Source of the DNA: Terriglobia bacterium
Lineage (GTDB): Bacteria > Acidobacteriota > Terriglobia > 20CM-2-55-15
Assembly (NCBI GenBank): GCA_965198225.1
Contig: CBDAOY010000007.1
Location: forward strand, 128,001 to 192,000
Direction of reading: 5' to 3'
Length of the DNA stretch: 64,000 nt
Part shown: positions 59,985-64,000 of the stretch, one piece after another
Layout: each line of letters begins with the position of its first letter
Numbering within the stretch: the stretch's first letter is position 1
The notes under the pieces: model-generated
Databases searched by the model: none
What the model was told of the DNA's origin: nothing
Seen by the model: only the letters and a program-made list of their open reading frames with translations
Position numbers and translations under genes: made by a program

Positions 59985-61102
59985 CCTCAGGGACTGGCAC
60001 GACAAAGGCCACGCCATGCCGACATCTCCTGTCACTGGGGTTGGTCCTGCTCGCAACCCCGATCGTAGGCGAACCCTTGAGGGCGCAGGAGCTGCGAGTG
60101 GGAAAAGAAGTCATCGTTCGCGCCGACGAAGTGATCGAAGAGGACCTCTACGCGTTCGGAGACACCGTTGTCATCGAAGGAACCGTGAGAGGTGACGTGA
60201 TGGCCAGCGGTCGAGAAGTAAGGCTGCTGGGAACGGTGGAAGGCGACCTTACCGGGTGCGGCCAGACCTACATCGTGGATGGCCGCGTCGGCGATGATTT
60301 GCGAATTGCCGGTATGACCACTGTCCTGGGACACGGGGCTCGCATCGGCGGCGATTTCGTGACGGCGGCTCTCGGTCTCGAGACCAACAAAGGGAGCTGG
60401 GTCGATGGAAGCCTCCTGTTCGCCGGCTACGAGGCGACGCTCGCCGGCGATGTCTTCGGCGACTTCCGTGCCGAGGCGGTCGCAATCGCGTTGGACGGAA
60501 GTGTTAGAGGAGATGTGGATGCTGCTGTCGGCGGCGGTGGAGAGTCTGCCGGATTCTTGGGGCGTGTTCGCCACGTCGTCATCGTTTCGATTTTCGGTCT
60601 GTTGCTGGCCTGGATCGCCCCCTTGACCCTGCGGGATCTGGAATCAAAGGCACAAAAAAGGCCGCTCGCAGGAATCGGCCGCGGTGTGATCGCTATCGCA
60701 GTGCTGTTGGCCCAGGCCCTGGGGGTGCTGATTGTCGTGATCGGTCTCGGACTGGCGGCCGGGCTCCTGAAACTATGGTCCTTATTGCTGCCCACCCTCA
60801 TCGTCGTAAGTTTTGCGGAAGGTATCCTGCTCGCCGGTTTCTGGATCTTCGGTGCGTTCGTCGCGCCCGCCTCGGTGAGCCTGATGGCCGGACGCGCAAT
60901 CCTGGGTCGGGCCGTGCCGGATCGGGCGGGAGGGTTGTTCTTGCCTCTGGCGGCCGGACTCAGCGTGTTCGCCGTCCTCGTGAGCGTCCCCTACCTGGGG
61001 GTGCTGGTCCACCTGTTGGTCCTGTTCCTGGGCCTCGGCGCGTTCTGGCTCTGGCTATTCAATTCGTTGGAAAACCTGCGCGAGCCCGTATCGTCTTCCT
61101 AG
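59981..61102 (+). CDS. Secreted beta-helix (bactofilin/polymer-forming-like) repeat protein with C-terminal multi-TM domain
   Basis: Signal peptide, repeated V.I.G.V.GD units, then about 6 hydrophobic helices. ATGA overlap with the upstream gene. Confidence 0.75.
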   Translation: MTSGTGTTKATPCRHLLSLGLVLLATPIVGEPLRAQELRVGKEVIVRADEVIEEDLYAFGDTVVIEGTVRGDVMASGREVRLLGTVEGDLTGCGQTYIVDGRVGDDLRIAGMTTVLGHGARIGGDFVTAALGLETNKGSWVDGSLLFAGYEATLAGDVFGDFRAEAVAIALDGSVRGDVDAAVGGGGESAGFLGRVRHVVIVSIFGLLLAWIAPLTLRDLESKAQKRPLAGIGRGVIAIAVLLAQALGVLIVVIGLGLAAGLLKLWSLLLPTLIVVSFAEGILLAGFWIFGAFVAPASVSLMAGRAILGRAVPDRAGGLFLPLAAGLSVFAVLVSVPYLGVLVHLLVLFLGLGAFWLWLFNSLENLREPVSSS

Positions 61103-61367
61103 TGGCCGGTAACAGAGAGAGTGATAGTGGCGTTGCGAGCGCAACGGTACCGGATTCTAGGAGCGCCGCCCGAGGTAATGCTGCTTCATTGCGAGAAGGC
61201 GAGACGACGAAGACGGTGCTGTTCCGCCGCAACCCGAAGGGACGACGGGTCTTGCGAGCCACAAAGAGGAGCTAGGAAACCGGCGTTTTTCGTAGCCGCA
61301 ACGAGTCGGGAGAGGACCCGCAAGGCCCATCGGCGACGCTGTCACTCTCTCTGTTACAGGCCACTAG
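61099..61367. mobile_element. Non-autonomous MITE (~269 bp) with 29-bp terminal inverted repeats ending in CTAG
   Basis: Left CTAGTGGCCGGTAACAGAGAGAGTGATAG versus right reverse complement CTAGTGGCCTGTAACAGAGAGAGTGACAG (27/29). No transposase. Its TAG is the stop codon of the upstream gene. Confidence 0.82.
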
Positions 61368-61483
61368 CACGCCCCCCGACCCGCGAGCTCGCGTCGATTC
61401 ACTTCAGGCTGGAGCTCACGGGGTTCGGGACGGCCGCGACGCCGCCTGCCCCCTCCCGTCCTTCTCCTCATAGTGGTTTCTTC

Positions 61484-61568
61484 TGCGAGAAGGCGAGACG
61501 ACGAAGACGGTGCTGTTCCGCCGCAACCCGAAGGGACGACGGGTCTTGCGAGCCACAAAGAGGAGCTA
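61484..61568 (+). repeat. Exact 85-bp direct repeat of the MITE core (61190..61274)
   Basis: TGCGAGAAGGCGAGACGACGAAGACGG...CCACAAAGAGGAGCTA is identical in both places. Confidence 0.9.
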
Positions 61569-61839
61569 TTCCAGTTCGTTATCCAAATCGTCTTCTTCGT
61601 CTGGAGTGGTTTCTTCTGCCTTGGATTGATTGTGGGTGTGCAGCATCCGCTCTATGTCTTCTGGTCGCACCGGTACACCCAACGAACTTCCGAATAGCAG
61701 GACGATGCACAGCAACACCTTGCCCAGCAGGCGTTCCAATCCCATTGGCCTTGGCCGGATCCGTCCTTCGCCAACCTGCTCCACTGTAAAATCAACCGAA
61801 GATGTTTTTGGACCAGAACGGCTTCTCGGTTTGAGCTCC

Positions 61840-61856
61840 GCGGTCTATGAGCGCAC
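61840..61856 (+). repeat. Degenerate hybrid REP remnant
   Basis: GCGGTCTATGAGCGCAC: left arm of one REP variant with the right arm of the other. Confidence 0.6.
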
Positions 61857-61963
61857 ATCGCTGCGGAAGGAAGAAGCCGGGCCCACGTTCGGGATGCCTG
61901 GGTAGTGCAGGGACAAAGGGTTGGTGACCGGGCGAAATCATACGGTAGTGAAAACTGATCGAC

Positions 61964-62539
61964 ATGCTCAATATTGTATTGTTCGGGCCGCCCGGTTCTG
62001 GGAAGGGCACACAAAGCGAGAAAATAATCGACACATATGGGCTGGTTCATTTGTCGACTGGTGACCTTCTCAGAAAGCATCTCAGTGAGGGGACGGAGTT
62101 AGGCAAAATTGCCAAAGAATACCTGGATAACGGTAGATTGGTGCCGGACAAAATAGTCATCGAAATGGTCGAAGATAAGATCGCAGATCATCTTGATGCA
62201 GAGGGATTTGTTTTCGACGGGTTTCCAAGAACCGTTAACCAGGCTGCAGCTCTGGATGAAATGCTTGGCAATCACAACCTGTCGATTTCCGGAATGATCG
62301 CTCTCGATGTCCCGGAGGACGAACTAAGAAAAAGGATCACGGAACGAGCGAAAACCTCGGGCAGGGTCGACGATCAGGATGACGAAAAAATAAGTACCCG
62401 AATCCGGGTGTATACAGATGAAAGTGCACCAGTCGTGGGTTATTACAGAGATCAAAAGAAGCTTAGCGGCGTACGCGGTGTCGGTTCGATAGATAGCGTC
62501 TTTCAAGATATCCGTGCCGCGATTGATCGGATCGCTTGA
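61964..62539 (+). CDS. adk: Adenylate kinase, short (LID-less) type
   Basis: LFGPPGSGKGTQ, HLSTGDLLR, LVPD, FDGFPRT..QA, short R..TSGRVDD LID region. Confidence 0.95.
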   Translation: MLNIVLFGPPGSGKGTQSEKIIDTYGLVHLSTGDLLRKHLSEGTELGKIAKEYLDNGRLVPDKIVIEMVEDKIADHLDAEGFVFDGFPRTVNQAAALDEMLGNHNLSISGMIALDVPEDELRKRITERAKTSGRVDDQDDEKISTRIRVYTDESAPVVGYYRDQKKLSGVRGVGSIDSVFQDIRAAIDRIA

Positions 62540-62585
62540 TTAGCGCCTTGGGTGCTCTTACCTACCACCGCTGAGCGGTAGCGAC

Positions 62586-63305
62586 TCAGTCGACCCCACA
62601 CCCTTTCTCCGCAGGGGGCCTCTCGGTTAATAGCGACGCTATGAGTTCTGAGCCAGATCCCGTCGTGGCGAGCTCACGAGCAACATCACCGAGTTGTTTT
62701 CTGAGGGAAGCATTGGCTTCTTCCAGATCCGCAATACACTGCTGAAGTTTCTTGACCTTCGGAGCCATTTCTTCGACCGTGTATCGTTGTTTGATGTGTT
62801 GAGGGCAGTTCGGGCTCCAGGCCTTCACGCGGAAGCGCAAAACGCGCTCGGGTCGAGCCTTGTAATCGGTGTCGACCAGGGTTTCGAGCAGCGCCGGATC
62901 ATCTTCGACGAACTCGGCGGTACCCCAGATTTTGATCCGATGGCGGTTCGGATAGTCCATCAGGAAGATAAACGCCTTGTTGTTCTCGCTCAGGTTTCCC
63001 AGCGAGATGTACTGGAAGTTCCCCGCAAAATCCGCCAGCGCAAGCGTATGGTCATCGAGTACCTTGAGGAAGCCTTTGGGGCCACCGCGGTACTGGATGT
63101 ATGGTTGACCATCTTGGCTTGCGGTTCCCAGATAGAGAGAGTCTCGCTCGCCGATGAACTCCGCAAGTTCTGGCGTCACAACGTCGCGCCACGGTCCCTG
63201 TTCTCCCCGCTGTTCCATCCTGGCGTAAGAGGCGCGTGAGCCCCGCCTCTCCTGGGCGGCCTTGACTTCGGCTGTGAAGGCGATTTCACTGATCGGGCGT
63301 TCCAT
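62586..63305 (-). CDS. PNPOx-like FMN-binding protein, close paralog of 52713..53360
   Basis: RPISEIAFT.EVKAAQ..RGSR, GQPYIQYRGGPKGFLKVLD, YISLGNLSENNKAFIFLMDY, NCPQHI. AAGGAGG RBS. Confidence 0.88.
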   Translation of the reverse strand: MERPISEIAFTAEVKAAQERRGSRASYARMEQRGEQGPWRDVVTPELAEFIGERDSLYLGTASQDGQPYIQYRGGPKGFLKVLDDHTLALADFAGNFQYISLGNLSENNKAFIFLMDYPNRHRIKIWGTAEFVEDDPALLETLVDTDYKARPERVLRFRVKAWSPNCPQHIKQRYTVEEMAPKVKKLQQCIADLEEANASLRKQLGDVARELATTGSGSELIASLLTERPPAEKGCGVD

Positions 63306-63535
63306 AATTGGAGCCTCCTTTCTTCCGAAAAGGTCATGGTCTTCTGTCATGAGGGACATAGTCAAAACAAAAAACCCCGTTCTCGCGACGCTCGATCATC
63401 GCGAGGTGAGATGATGACGGTCCGGACGCGATGCCGGATCGAAGACGCGTGGGTCCCACCAACAGCTCAACGCGTTCTTCACTCAAGTGGCATCCTGTGG
63501 TCGGATTTACCACAACGAATTGTTTGAACGATTGT

Positions 63536-63821
63536 TCCCGAGGAGGAGAGCATGACGACACAGTTGGACGCCATCGTGATCGGCACGGGACAGGCGGGGC
63601 CATCGCTCGCCGGCCGCCTGAACCGAGAAGGTTTGAAGACCGCCATTATCGAACGCAAGCTCGTTGGCGGGACCTGCGTCCCGAGGAGGAGAGCATGGAC
63701 ACAGTTGGACGCCATCGTGATCGGCACGGGACAGGCGGGGCCATCGCTCGCCGGCCGCCTGAACCGAGAAGGTTTGAAGACCGCCATTATCGAACGCAAG
63801 CTCGTTGGCGGGACCTGCGTC
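63536..63821 (+). repeat. Tandem duplication (143 bp, with a 2-bp deletion in copy 2) of the RBS and first 43 codons
   Basis: 63536-63680 is repeated at 63679-63821. CATGACGACACAG in copy 1 versus CATGGACACAG in copy 2. Confidence 0.92.
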
Positions 63822-64000
63822 AACGTCGGCTGCATCCCGACCAAGACCCTGGTGGGGAGTGCCAAGGTCGCGTACACGGCAAGACAGGCCAGGCAATTCG
63901 GTGTGATTGTCGATGGCCCGGTTACTGTGGACATGCGGCAGGTCAAGGAACGCAAGGACGCAATCTCGGGTGCCTCGAACAAGGGCCTCACCGGCTGGCT
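63552..64000 (+). CDS. 5' part of a class-I pyridine nucleotide-disulfide oxidoreductase (mercuric-reductase/RclA-like), with duplicated N-terminus; runs off the window edge
   Basis: Not in the ORF track. Manual translation MTTQLDAIVIGTGQAGPSLA...GGTCV-PRRRAW-TQLDAIVIGTGQAG...GGTCVNVGCIPTKTL. GAGGAGG RBS. Confidence 0.85.
   Translation, partial: MTTQLDAIVIGTGQAGPSLAGRLNREGLKTAIIERKLVGGTCVPRRRAWTQLDAIVIGTGQAGPSLAGRLNREGLKTAIIERKLVGGTCVNVGCIPTKTLVGSAKVAYTARQARQFGVIVDGPVTVDMRQVKERKDAISGASNKGLTGW

Noticed and set aside
59164-64000. Mercury-resistance (mer) locus suggested by a MerR-family gene and a MerA-like gene
   Set aside because: The genes are not adjacent, there is no merT/merP, the regulator and operator are SoxR-like, and the reductase lacks an N-terminal metal-binding domain (its C-terminus is outside the window).

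Overview
A GC-rich (~65% by eye) bacterial chromosomal segment, most likely Acidobacteriota. This is inferred from Oar-type TonB-dependent receptors, CRTAC1/ASPIC-UnbV proteins, DUF1592/DUF1552 modules and a PadR + ADOP permease pair. (1) 1-15 kb, minus strand: a cell-envelope operon of membrane-anchored pentaheme cytochrome c-TPR, CRTAC1, TPR-FG-GAP-ASPIC/UnbV, TPR, CRTAC1, TonB-dependent receptor and a TolB/S9-peptidase paralog. (2) Two diverged copies (17-22.6 kb and 40.5-46 kb) of an uncharacterised module: diheme DUF1592 cytochrome, Tat-exported DUF1552 (HxxSHH) protein and secreted ankyrin protein, surrounded by amide/peptide hydrolases. (3) A second S9 peptidase-TBDR pair, whose receptor has a C-terminal frameshift. 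(4) An orphan aceE and a sigma54-activator-controlled operon (cysteine hydrolase/alpha-beta hydrolase fusion, PNPOx-like, DinB, thioredoxin) with three visible operator palindromes. (5) A mosaic right end with PadR and SoxR-like regulators, a CTAG-flanked MITE, a low-GC Bacteroidota-like adk and an oxidoreductase with an in-frame 5' duplication. A GTAG-type REP/REPIN family with a compensatory stem change is scattered through the window. No rRNA, tRNA, CRISPR array or transposase was recognised. All family assignments come from motif recognition by eye, not database searches.
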